DNA of 64,000 bases from Gemmatimonadota bacterium. Lineage in GTDB: Bacteria; Gemmatimonadota; Gemmatimonadetes; Gemmatimonadales; GWC2-71-9. The position numbers and the translations under genes are program-made. The notes beneath the pieces are model-generated. The model was given only the letters and a program-made list of their open reading frames with translations, made no database searches and was not told the DNA's origin. This document shows, piece after piece, positions 18,624 through 26,152 of this stretch. Location of the stretch: positions 497,615-561,614 of the forward strand of contig JAJCZX010000030.1 in NCBI GenBank assembly GCA_029262195.1. The letters run 5' to 3'. How positions within the stretch are numbered: the stretch's first letter is position 1; every line of letters starts with the position of its first letter.

Positions 18624-20645
18624 TCACTCGCCGCCCGCCGAATCGGGATCGGCGGTCGTAGGAACCGTTACTCCCCCTACGGACATGGGCGGTAACTGAT
18701 GACATTCAGCACAGGCCTTGGGTTCATAATGGTCCTGGATCTCAATGTGGCAAGACAGGCAAACCGGTCTTGTCCAGCGATCAATCGTCTGGCCCTCAAC
18801 CTCGTGGCAATCGGAACAGGAAACATGGTCGTTCCTACTGTGGTCTTCCATGGCACCGTTTACATGGCAGCTGACACATGTCGTCTCCGGTTCATGGTGC
18901 TCCACATGGCAGCTCTGGCAATCCAATTCAGTTGCGGCCATTTCAGGGGGAGTGTGGCAATCCCGGCAGTCAAGGTCAGCCTGGCGGTGGACATCGTGCT
19001 CGAAAAACCCCGTTTCCGTCCGTGCAGGAGCTGTCGGGGCGCCGCCGGCTCCTTCGTGACAGGTGGCGCAGTTAGGCGGATCCACCACCGGATGGTGACA
19101 GTCATTGCAGGCTGAAAGGTCCTCGAATACTGTCCCTCCGTGTTCTTCGAGAGGAGTATGACAATCTTCACAGGCGAGACCCGCCGTCAACACATGGCTG
19201 TCGTGCTCAAAGTTGTTGCCCCGAAAACTCACAGACCTCCTTTCTTCACCAAGATGGCATTCCAGGCATGAATTTTCGCTTACCGGAGGGCCTAGATCCA
19301 GGTCACCAAGATGGTAGTCGAGCCTCCCCTCTTGAACCGCTCTGGTCAGCAAGGTCACAGCAGAACGCAACAGCTCGTCCGAGTACCCTATGTTGTGTGA
19401 ACTTTTCCCCACCCGGACGAACTCAACATTTTCTTCCGCAAGAGAAAGGAGTGAATCTGCCAACGACCTGGTCCGTATCGGTGCGGTAGGAAGAGCATGG
19501 CGTACTCCTTCCAACCGATTGGTAACCTGCCTGGTCCGCCGCTCCATCTCATCCTGCCATGACGGGAGAATGTTCGCGTACCTGATGCCGTGACACGACA
19601 TGCACGAGGCCTCACCAGCTACGTCAACCTCTGCGTGCCCTTCGATTGCGCGGGGCAATTCATGACATGCCTCGCATGACACCCGGGCGAGAAACATCGA
19701 ACTCGGTTGGTCAACAGCGTCATGTCCGCCCCGCCCTGCATACATCTGCTGCTGACTCGTGTGAACACCGCGATGACAGGAGCCACATTGGAGTTCGAAC
19801 GTAGAAGCCAGCGACACAACACTGTGTTGAATGGGAGTATGGCATTGCCCACACTCGATACTCCGTTCTTCGATATGGGCCACGTGCATGCGATCGACGT
19901 CAGACGATTGCTCCAATCGCTCTGTGTCATTGTGGCAATTAAAGCAACGTGATTCCTCAACCGACCCATCCCCCCGGGTGACATCTGCATGACAGGATAC
20001 ACACGAAACCATGTCTTCCACATACCGAGGATGGTCGACGATCGACCCGTCCAGGGTCGTGAGCGCCTCTGTCGCGGTGTGACACCCGACGCATCCAACT
20101 GGCGGCGTGACAAAATCGTCTCCGAAATGGCACAGATTGCAGGTAACCTGTGTTACTGCGACGTGCTCTCCCTGTACAATTTGAGAGTGGCAACTGGTGC
20201 ACCGGAGGTCTATACCGAGCCGTTGCTCTTCAAGGTGGGGAGTATGGTCAAAAGTGACCCCATTGTAGTCGACGAGACCCTCAATCTTCCGACTGGTGTG
20301 GCAGCCGGACCGGAGGCATGCGGCATCCTCTATCTCGGCCCAGGGTTTGAGGGCATAGGTGCCGGTGAAGTACTTCACCACCTGGTTTGCGGCCGCGACT
20401 TTTCCCATCGCTTCTGCCTTAATGCCAGGGGCGTAGTGACATTCGATGCACTTCACCTCGCTGTGGGCAGATGTGGCCCACGACTGGTAGTAGGGCTCCA
20501 TTAGATGGCAATTCCTACAAAACCCGGGTTGCGCCGAATACTCCACGAACCCAACTGTGCTGACTAATCCCGCAATCGTAGCCAGAACACCCAGCTGAAT
20601 AAGTATTTTCAACGGCCTTCGCATCCGACTCCAGCGGGATTTCAT
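18624..20645 (-). CDS. NapC/NirT-anchored giant multihaem c-type cytochrome, 21 CxxCH + 1 CX4CH
   Basis: ORF 18624..20747. I start at ATG 20645 (MKSRWSRMRRPLKILIQLGVLATIAGLV), which avoids overlap with the upstream gene. The N-terminal TM helix followed by FCRNCH...SAHSEVKCIECH is the NapC/NirT/NrfH quinol-dehydrogenase signature. 21 CxxCH motifs counted, plus CLRSGCH. Confidence 0.9.
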   Translation of the reverse strand: MKSRWSRMRRPLKILIQLGVLATIAGLVSTVGFVEYSAQPGFCRNCHLMEPYYQSWATSAHSEVKCIECHYAPGIKAEAMGKVAAANQVVKYFTGTYALKPWAEIEDAACLRSGCHTSRKIEGLVDYNGVTFDHTPHLEEQRLGIDLRCTSCHSQIVQGEHVAVTQVTCNLCHFGDDFVTPPVGCVGCHTATEALTTLDGSIVDHPRYVEDMVSCVSCHADVTRGDGSVEESRCFNCHNDTERLEQSSDVDRMHVAHIEERSIECGQCHTPIQHSVVSLASTFELQCGSCHRGVHTSQQQMYAGRGGHDAVDQPSSMFLARVSCEACHELPRAIEGHAEVDVAGEASCMSCHGIRYANILPSWQDEMERRTRQVTNRLEGVRHALPTAPIRTRSLADSLLSLAEENVEFVRVGKSSHNIGYSDELLRSAVTLLTRAVQEGRLDYHLGDLDLGPPVSENSCLECHLGEERRSVSFRGNNFEHDSHVLTAGLACEDCHTPLEEHGGTVFEDLSACNDCHHPVVDPPNCATCHEGAGGAPTAPARTETGFFEHDVHRQADLDCRDCHTPPEMAATELDCQSCHVEHHEPETTCVSCHVNGAMEDHSRNDHVSCSDCHEVEGQTIDRWTRPVCLSCHIEIQDHYEPKACAECHQLPPMSVGGVTVPTTADPDSAGGE

Positions 20646-20656
20646 GCCGACGCCCC

Positions 20657-21880
20657 CTAAGCCGATTCGCGCAGTTTGAATACCGCCAGAGCAATCCCCG
20701 AAAGGGCAAAAAACCAGATAGGCAGTAGCATCAATTTGTGCTCCCACCGTCTCTCAGCTCGTATCTCAGCGGTATTCCGGACCTCGTTCGAATTAGACGC
20801 AACCCGACGACCGAGCTCTTCGAGGACATCAACATCCATGCGATGTTGCGCCATACGCATTTGTTCGTAGTAGGTATTCGCGGTCTGATACCTGAAAAGA
20901 GCGTCTGCTACATTTTGGCCGGCTAATCTCAGTTCTGTGATCGCTTCCTCGGCCCCTTCTACATCCGACTCCGCCGCAATCATTAACGACTCGATTTCAT
21001 CTCCAAGGGTGCCAGCCGAAGTCCCTGCTTCATGGCAAGCACCACATACTTCCGAAATATCGGCATTGGGAATTGCTTCGCTATCGTGGCTCACATGGCA
21101 GGATAGGCAGGCGCTCATTTCTCCCGTATTGGTCGCCTCCCCATGGGGCCCATCCAGAAACGCCCGTCCCACAAGTTCATGACATTCCGCACAGACGTTC
21201 ACGACTTCTTGGGGTCTCGCCGGAAGGGCGGCGTGCGACCCATGACAGCCAATACAGGTAGGAGAAGAAAAATTTTGTTCTTCGTACAGAGCTCTTCCGT
21301 GCGCCCCCGAAACAAAATCCGCATATTGGGTCGTCGAAAGATCATAGCGGCCCATCAGCGCCGCATCCTCATGGCACCGGCGACACGTTTCAGCGATTTG
21401 TGTCGGGTACACATTACTCCGGGCATCTGTTTCCCGTCGGACCAGATGGGCGTCATGGCAATCGGTGCAAGTGGGTGCGTCATTATTGCCTTCCACCAAC
21501 AGCGATTGGCCGTGGCGACTAGTCCGAAACTCGGCCAACTGACCCGATGGCAAGCCGTACTGCCGCATCTGGTCAGCGTCAGAGTGACAGGACGCGCACA
21601 GAGTAACTGTTTCTACCTTGTTCGGCGCACCGATGAACCGACCCGAGTGGGCGCTGGGTAACTCGAAGGATCGAGGGTTGCCACCGTGACAATCATGACA
21701 ACGCATTCCGTAATCAGCGTGAATGCCCTCAAGAAAATTCGCTCGGTTTTCAGAGTGGCAGGTGACACACCCGTAAGATGTGTCTATACGGTCTCGGTTG
21801 GACTGTGCCAGAAGGTTTCCAGGAGAAGAAACTACAACCAAAGCTCCGACCGCAAAAAAAAGACGCAAGCGTTTCATCAC
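20657..21880 (-). CDS. Multihaem c-type cytochrome, 9 CxxCH motifs, C-terminal anchor (occupies the cytochrome c1 position of the bc-type module)
   Basis: 407 aa. Signal peptide, 9 CxxCH motifs counted, a helical C-terminal region, then a TM helix (LMLLPIWFFALSGIALAVF). ATGA overlap with the cytochrome b stop. Confidence 0.9.
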   Translation of the reverse strand: MMKRLRLFFAVGALVVVSSPGNLLAQSNRDRIDTSYGCVTCHSENRANFLEGIHADYGMRCHDCHGGNPRSFELPSAHSGRFIGAPNKVETVTLCASCHSDADQMRQYGLPSGQLAEFRTSRHGQSLLVEGNNDAPTCTDCHDAHLVRRETDARSNVYPTQIAETCRRCHEDAALMGRYDLSTTQYADFVSGAHGRALYEEQNFSSPTCIGCHGSHAALPARPQEVVNVCAECHELVGRAFLDGPHGEATNTGEMSACLSCHVSHDSEAIPNADISEVCGACHEAGTSAGTLGDEIESLMIAAESDVEGAEEAITELRLAGQNVADALFRYQTANTYYEQMRMAQHRMDVDVLEELGRRVASNSNEVRNTAEIRAERRWEHKLMLLPIWFFALSGIALAVFKLRESA

Positions 21881-23151
21881 TCTCCCCCCTGCGGTGTTCC
21901 GGCCGCCGGTGGCGTGGGACCAACGTTAGGAAGGCGAATGGGGTTTAGATCAACCTCGGATGAGTCCACGACCTCCGGAGGCCGAGCTATGTCAACGAGT
22001 GCCTGTTCGCCGCTACCTGCTGCCCAGAAGACCATGAACATGGCCAACAAGCCGAACGCGATCAAAAGCGATCCGACACGCTTGCCCGGGCGTAGGTCTG
22101 GATTTCGGTCCGTCAAAGGAAGAAGAATCATCGTCAGGCCGACCAGACCTGCCAGAGGGAGTCCCCAGGCACCGAGGTATTTGATTGCAGTAAGCGAAAC
22201 GCTCACCAGTCCCCAGGTGGGCACAATCGTCTCAGGCGGTACCGCAGGATCTGCCAGCGGAGCGAAGGGTCTCGGAAACAACGACGCCAATGAAAACACT
22301 ATAGCAAGCACCAACACCGAAAGGATAAACGAGCGCAGGAGATGCTGGGGGTAGAACTTCATTCCCTCCCCCTCGTGTTTTTTTACGGGTGAGGGAGCCA
22401 CGCCGTGCCGACGGACGAGAAGGAAATGAAAGGTTAGAAGTCCGAACACAATCCATGGCAACAAGACCGCGTGAAGTGCGAAATACCGACTCAACGTCGC
22501 GCCAGAAACCACAGCATCGCCCGTAAGGAATTCAGCGGCTAATCCGCCGAAAATGGGGAGTGCTTCGACCCACCCGAGAATCTCCGTCACGGTCCAGTAG
22601 GCCCACTGATCCCACGGAAGGAGAACACCGGTTGCCCCAAACGCCAGTACCATTCCCAGAAGCAGAACACCGACCAGCCAATTGGTTTCCCGCGGCGACT
22701 TGTAGGCCGCATCGTAGAAAATTCGCAGCATGTGCAGCAGCATCGCAACGACCAGTAGATTGGCCGTCCAGTGGTGAAGATCGCGAACCAACCAGCCAAA
22801 AGGAATCTCAGTTACCATGTGCTGGATACTCTGGTACGCCTCGGCGGCGGAGGGGCGGTAATAAAAAGTCATCAGCACCCCGCTGACTACCTGAACGATG
22901 AACAACAGGTAGGTTACTCCCCCGAATGCATGGCGCCATCCCGCGTGCGGAGGCAAACGGTAATCCAGCGCTTTTTTCAAAGCAGCGTCAATCCTCAATC
23001 GACGATCAATCGGACCATAAAGCAGTCCCAGAAAACGAGCCGCTCCCAAGACACTTGAATCTGTGCTCGCTTTGAGGTCCTCTACTCTCCGCCCCACTGA
23101 CGCGCGCAACGAATCCTTGTTTTCTCTGCGTCTATCCGAGTCTTTAACCAT
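21877..23151 (-). CDS. Cytochrome b of a bc/b6f-type complex (fused cytochrome b6 + subunit IV)
   Basis: 424 aa. FGWLVRDLHHWTANLLVVAMLLHMLRIF...SPRETNWLVGV...LLPWDQWAYW...RYFALHAVLLPWIVFGLLTFHFLLVRRHG aligns without gaps to cytochrome b6. Haem ligand pairs are H126/H140 and H227/H242. The subunit-IV-like part has PTWG where PEWY is expected. Confidence 0.9.
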   Translation of the reverse strand: MVKDSDRRRENKDSLRASVGRRVEDLKASTDSSVLGAARFLGLLYGPIDRRLRIDAALKKALDYRLPPHAGWRHAFGGVTYLLFIVQVVSGVLMTFYYRPSAAEAYQSIQHMVTEIPFGWLVRDLHHWTANLLVVAMLLHMLRIFYDAAYKSPRETNWLVGVLLLGMVLAFGATGVLLPWDQWAYWTVTEILGWVEALPIFGGLAAEFLTGDAVVSGATLSRYFALHAVLLPWIVFGLLTFHFLLVRRHGVAPSPVKKHEGEGMKFYPQHLLRSFILSVLVLAIVFSLASLFPRPFAPLADPAVPPETIVPTWGLVSVSLTAIKYLGAWGLPLAGLVGLTMILLPLTDRNPDLRPGKRVGSLLIAFGLLAMFMVFWAAGSGEQALVDIARPPEVVDSSEVDLNPIRLPNVGPTPPAAGTPQGGE

Positions 23152-23719
23152 TTTGGACCGAAACGAAAACGTATTCTCCCCGTAAGAACACGGAGTATCT
23201 AGAGAGTGGTTCTACCGAAAGACCCCGGACGACTCGGCCGTTTAGGTCATATTCGGCATGTTGACACGGGGAGACGACTCTTCGAGATGGCGCGTCCCAA
23301 TTCAACAGACACCCATCGCCCGAACCAGTGCCCTGAAGAGCAACGTAGCGATCCTCAGTAACGCGGACAACAAGTATCGTGCGTTGTCCCCATGTTATCG
23401 TACGACTACCTCCCACAGGGAAATTGGCCTGTTTGACAACCTGCACGGCCGTCTGCAATTCCGGAATCTCGAGATGTTCTGAGGGCAAGAGATACAACGC
23501 GGTACCCAACCCGAACATGACGGCAATCAAAACTATTATACTGGCCAAAAGCGTCTCCGTGAATCGGAAACGCCCCAACCATGTTGTGAATTGGCGCGAA
23601 GGCGGTGGCACCTCTTCGCCAGCGCCAGGCTGAAGGGGGTCCCTTAAGCCTCTTTCCTTCGTACTACCTGACTCTGATTTCATGACGTTCCCATTGGAGT
23701 AGTCCGGAACAGAATCCAA
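23144..23719 (-). CDS. Rieske-fold membrane-anchored protein lacking the canonical [2Fe-2S] ligands
   Basis: 191 aa (alternative ATG at 23683). One TM helix, then ...ITWGQRTILVVR...GSGDGCLLNWDAPSRRVVSPCQHAEYDLNGRVVRGLSVEPL. This aligns without gaps to CTHLGC..W-x8-CPCHGS.YD..G.VVRGPAP. 8-nt overlap with the cytochrome b start. Confidence 0.6.
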   Translation of the reverse strand: MDSVPDYSNGNVMKSESGSTKERGLRDPLQPGAGEEVPPPSRQFTTWLGRFRFTETLLASIIVLIAVMFGLGTALYLLPSEHLEIPELQTAVQVVKQANFPVGGSRTITWGQRTILVVRVTEDRYVALQGTGSGDGCLLNWDAPSRRVVSPCQHAEYDLNGRVVRGLSVEPLSRYSVFLRGEYVFVSVQNG

Positions 23720-23733
23720 CCGTCTAGTTAATC

Positions 23734-23785
23734 AAAAACGCCGGGCCGCAGCCATGACCTAACATGCAAACAGACCCGGCGTTTT
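23734..23785 (-). terminator. Terminator-like stem (AAAAACGCCGGG ... CCCGGCGTTTT) with a long loop
   Basis: An 11-12 bp inverted repeat at 23734-23745 / 23775-23785 with a 29-nt loop, flanked by A5 and T4-5 so each strand sees a U-tract. Lies between the lipoprotein cytochrome gene and the Rieske-like gene. Confidence 0.4.
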
Positions 23786-23827
23786 CTTTAATAAGAGTGG
23801 TGCCGATAAACCACTCTGTCCAATTCA

Positions 23828-23858
23828 ATTGTGAGCCCCACCCATCGGGGCTCACAAT
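23828..23858 (-). terminator. Strong GC-rich hairpin 17 nt after the stop of the lipoprotein cytochrome gene (no U-tract)
   Basis: ATTGTGAGCCCC-(7 nt)-GGGGCTCACAAT is a perfect 12-bp stem. No T-run follows on the minus strand, so it could be a processing/stability or attenuating element rather than a classical terminator. Confidence 0.45.
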
Positions 23859-23874
23859 GTTTGTGTATTCCTCG

Positions 23875-25314
23875 CTACAATTCCAGATCCAGAGACACCC
23901 TCGTCGCCGGAGCGGAAAGTCCATACTCGGCTCGGAGAGCCTTGATACTCGCCACCAGCACCTGCTCCGCGAAGAACGGGTTGTGCGTAGAAGTGCCAGG
24001 CAACTCCCCGAGGCGGGCGTTGAACCAGGCCCCGTCCGCAACCGTGAATACTCCATCGCGGCTGTCCCGCTCGCCAGCCGGGGCAAGAAGGATGAGGGAA
24101 TCTACTTCAGCCACCAGGGCAGCGATTCTGTTGAGTGCGGTCGTGTAAGCTGTGCGCGCCGCATCGGCCCCAAGGTGGCACCCACTCGTTGTGCAGCCTG
24201 AGAACTGTCTATCCGGAAGGTTGCATGTTTGATCCGTGGTGGGGATTCCCTGAGCATCAACACATGGGATCGCCAGGAACAGGTGTCCTGTGGAATTGAA
24301 GAGGAAATCTCCGGTTTCGTCGTCGTTGACCTCAAACGACGACACGTGACACGCCGCGCAGGTTCTTTCGTTCCCCTCGCTGCCGTGGGAGCCCACAATA
24401 CGATCCGCCAGCGGTTCAAAGCTGGGAGGTATCCAACCAACGCTTTCGCCAAGAAGTAGCGGACCTTCCGGGGAATGCGGTCCACGCAACGTCGAAGATT
24501 CTAGATCCGGCTGCGCGCGTTTGTAGTGGCATTTCATGCACAGGTTGGTTGCCTGTTCCGGTACATCAATCGGATATCTCAGTTGACCTTCGAAGGCAGA
24601 CCCGTGCGGATCGTGGCAGACTGCGCAGGTGATCCCAGCGTAATCGTCAACCGCCGCTGTGGCTTCCAGAAACTCCGGCTCAACCCCCCAGGCATCCAAC
24701 GCCCCTTGCGCGGTATGGCAATTAAGACACTCATCCTCGGGGTCCCCTGCCGCGTGGCTTATGACGAAACCAGCTGGTTCAGCATGAGCCGATTGAGACC
24801 ATTCTTCGGCAAACGGATGATGGGTACCGGAATGGCATTCGCCGCACCCGTTCAACGAATCGACCAAGATCGACGGAAGAGGCTGGCCCGCGTCAGGGTT
24901 TTCGACGTGCGCCAATCCCGGGCCGTGGCAACTTTCGCACTGGACATCGAAGTAAGACGTATCTGACACCAGATTGTGCCCGGCGGCTTCAGATACAAAA
25001 TTCCCCAATTCGCTAACAGTATGACAGCCTTCACAGAAAACCTGGGAATGCCCAGAACCTTCCAATGTGGCCCATGCATCTGCGTGAGCGGTATTCTCCC
25101 AACTCGCCTGAACACCGACGTGGCAGTTCCCGCAGGTGGTTACCTTCTCGGTCTCGTCGAAATACCCGAGGAAACCCGCTATCGAATCGGGCGGGGGATT
25201 AAAAAGTTCTCTGTCCTGAAAGACGATTTTTTCGTCTGTACAAGCTGTCCCGACAATCATCAATCCAAGGGCAGCCACCGTGGCCCGTAGAGCGCCAATT
25301 CTATGCAGTTTCAT
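23875..25314 (-). CDS. Multihaem c-type cytochrome, probable lipoprotein, 8 CxxCH + 1 CX4CH
   Basis: 479 aa. N-terminus MKLHRIGALRATVAALGLMIVGTAC (signal plus lipobox-like Cys). 8 CxxCH motifs counted, plus CTTSGCH. Confidence 0.9.
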   Translation of the reverse strand: MKLHRIGALRATVAALGLMIVGTACTDEKIVFQDRELFNPPPDSIAGFLGYFDETEKVTTCGNCHVGVQASWENTAHADAWATLEGSGHSQVFCEGCHTVSELGNFVSEAAGHNLVSDTSYFDVQCESCHGPGLAHVENPDAGQPLPSILVDSLNGCGECHSGTHHPFAEEWSQSAHAEPAGFVISHAAGDPEDECLNCHTAQGALDAWGVEPEFLEATAAVDDYAGITCAVCHDPHGSAFEGQLRYPIDVPEQATNLCMKCHYKRAQPDLESSTLRGPHSPEGPLLLGESVGWIPPSFEPLADRIVGSHGSEGNERTCAACHVSSFEVNDDETGDFLFNSTGHLFLAIPCVDAQGIPTTDQTCNLPDRQFSGCTTSGCHLGADAARTAYTTALNRIAALVAEVDSLILLAPAGERDSRDGVFTVADGAWFNARLGELPGTSTHNPFFAEQVLVASIKALRAEYGLSAPATRVSLDLEL

Positions 25315-25580
25315 GATCTTAACCCGGGTTTAAGGACGATCCTCCAAAACCTCCAGGTCAACGCTTGTCGCGTTAGACTCACATGTAGAATAAGGTGTCC
25401 GGCCCAGAATACAAGAAAAATTCATAATTCTAATACGACCCTAATCTGCCCTTTAAGAAAAACTCACAAACCACAAAACAGGCACCAGAAACGTTGTTTT
25501 TCCTGGAGCAACACTACGCTTCGTGATTGCTCACTCACATCAATTTAAAACCTTCGAACCCTGTTGCCCTTGTTAGAAAT
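25315..25580 (-). promoter_or_regulatory. Probable promoter/leader region of the cytochrome locus
   Basis: 266-nt non-coding, visibly AT-richer spacer upstream of the first cytochrome gene. I could not identify a convincing -35/-10 or regulator site. Confidence 0.3.
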
Positions 25581-25994
25581 TTATCCTTGAGAGGTCCTGT
25601 TGCGGCCTTCTGTGAGAAGGCGCTCGGCGAAATCCACGCGCTCGGTCAGATCGGCCATTTCCTCCCGAAGCGTGTAAATCTCATCCATAATCTCGCTTGG
25701 AATGGCCCGATGTTCGCCCGTCATACCCGTAATCCCAAATCCCTCTTCCTGCCACCTGACGACCCTTTTCCCCTCCTTATCCCTAAAAGAACCGCTGGCG
25801 ATCATGATAACGTCATAGAGCCACCACATCCCGAGGCCCCCAAACGTCATGAGTTGCATAACTCCGGTCCCAATCTTGCCGTTGTAAAATCGGTGGGCCC
25901 CAAAGACCCCCAACGGGAGCACCATTGCCAGCGAAACCGCTCGGGATCGATCTGAAATATGCTCCTGCTCCCATTCGAGAGTGTCCCTCGACAT
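25581..25994 (-). CDS. TM2 domain-containing membrane protein
   Basis: 137 aa. GVFGAHRFYNGKIGTGVMQLMTFGGLGMWWLYDVIMI is the TM2 domain signature. Confidence 0.8.
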   Translation of the reverse strand: MSRDTLEWEQEHISDRSRAVSLAMVLPLGVFGAHRFYNGKIGTGVMQLMTFGGLGMWWLYDVIMIASGSFRDKEGKRVVRWQEEGFGITGMTGEHRAIPSEIMDEIYTLREEMADLTERVDFAERLLTEGRNRTSQG

Positions 25995-26152
25995 GTTGCT
26001 CCTTTGGTTGCGACGTGTTCGGATATATCTAATACGAGCCTAACCAATTCTCGGTGTCACGCAACTGCAAAAAGGGCCAAAATAACACTGCCGCCATTGC
26101 TTGACTCGCCTTAAGCCAAACGTATCTTTCAAAGATACCAGTTGAGAGTCCT

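Noticed and set aside
25471-25488. Sigma-54-like element (minus strand TGGTGC-N5-TTGTG) upstream of the cytochrome locus
   Set aside because: The -12 element reads GT instead of the conserved GC, and no enhancer-binding-protein gene is nearby. It is too weak to call.
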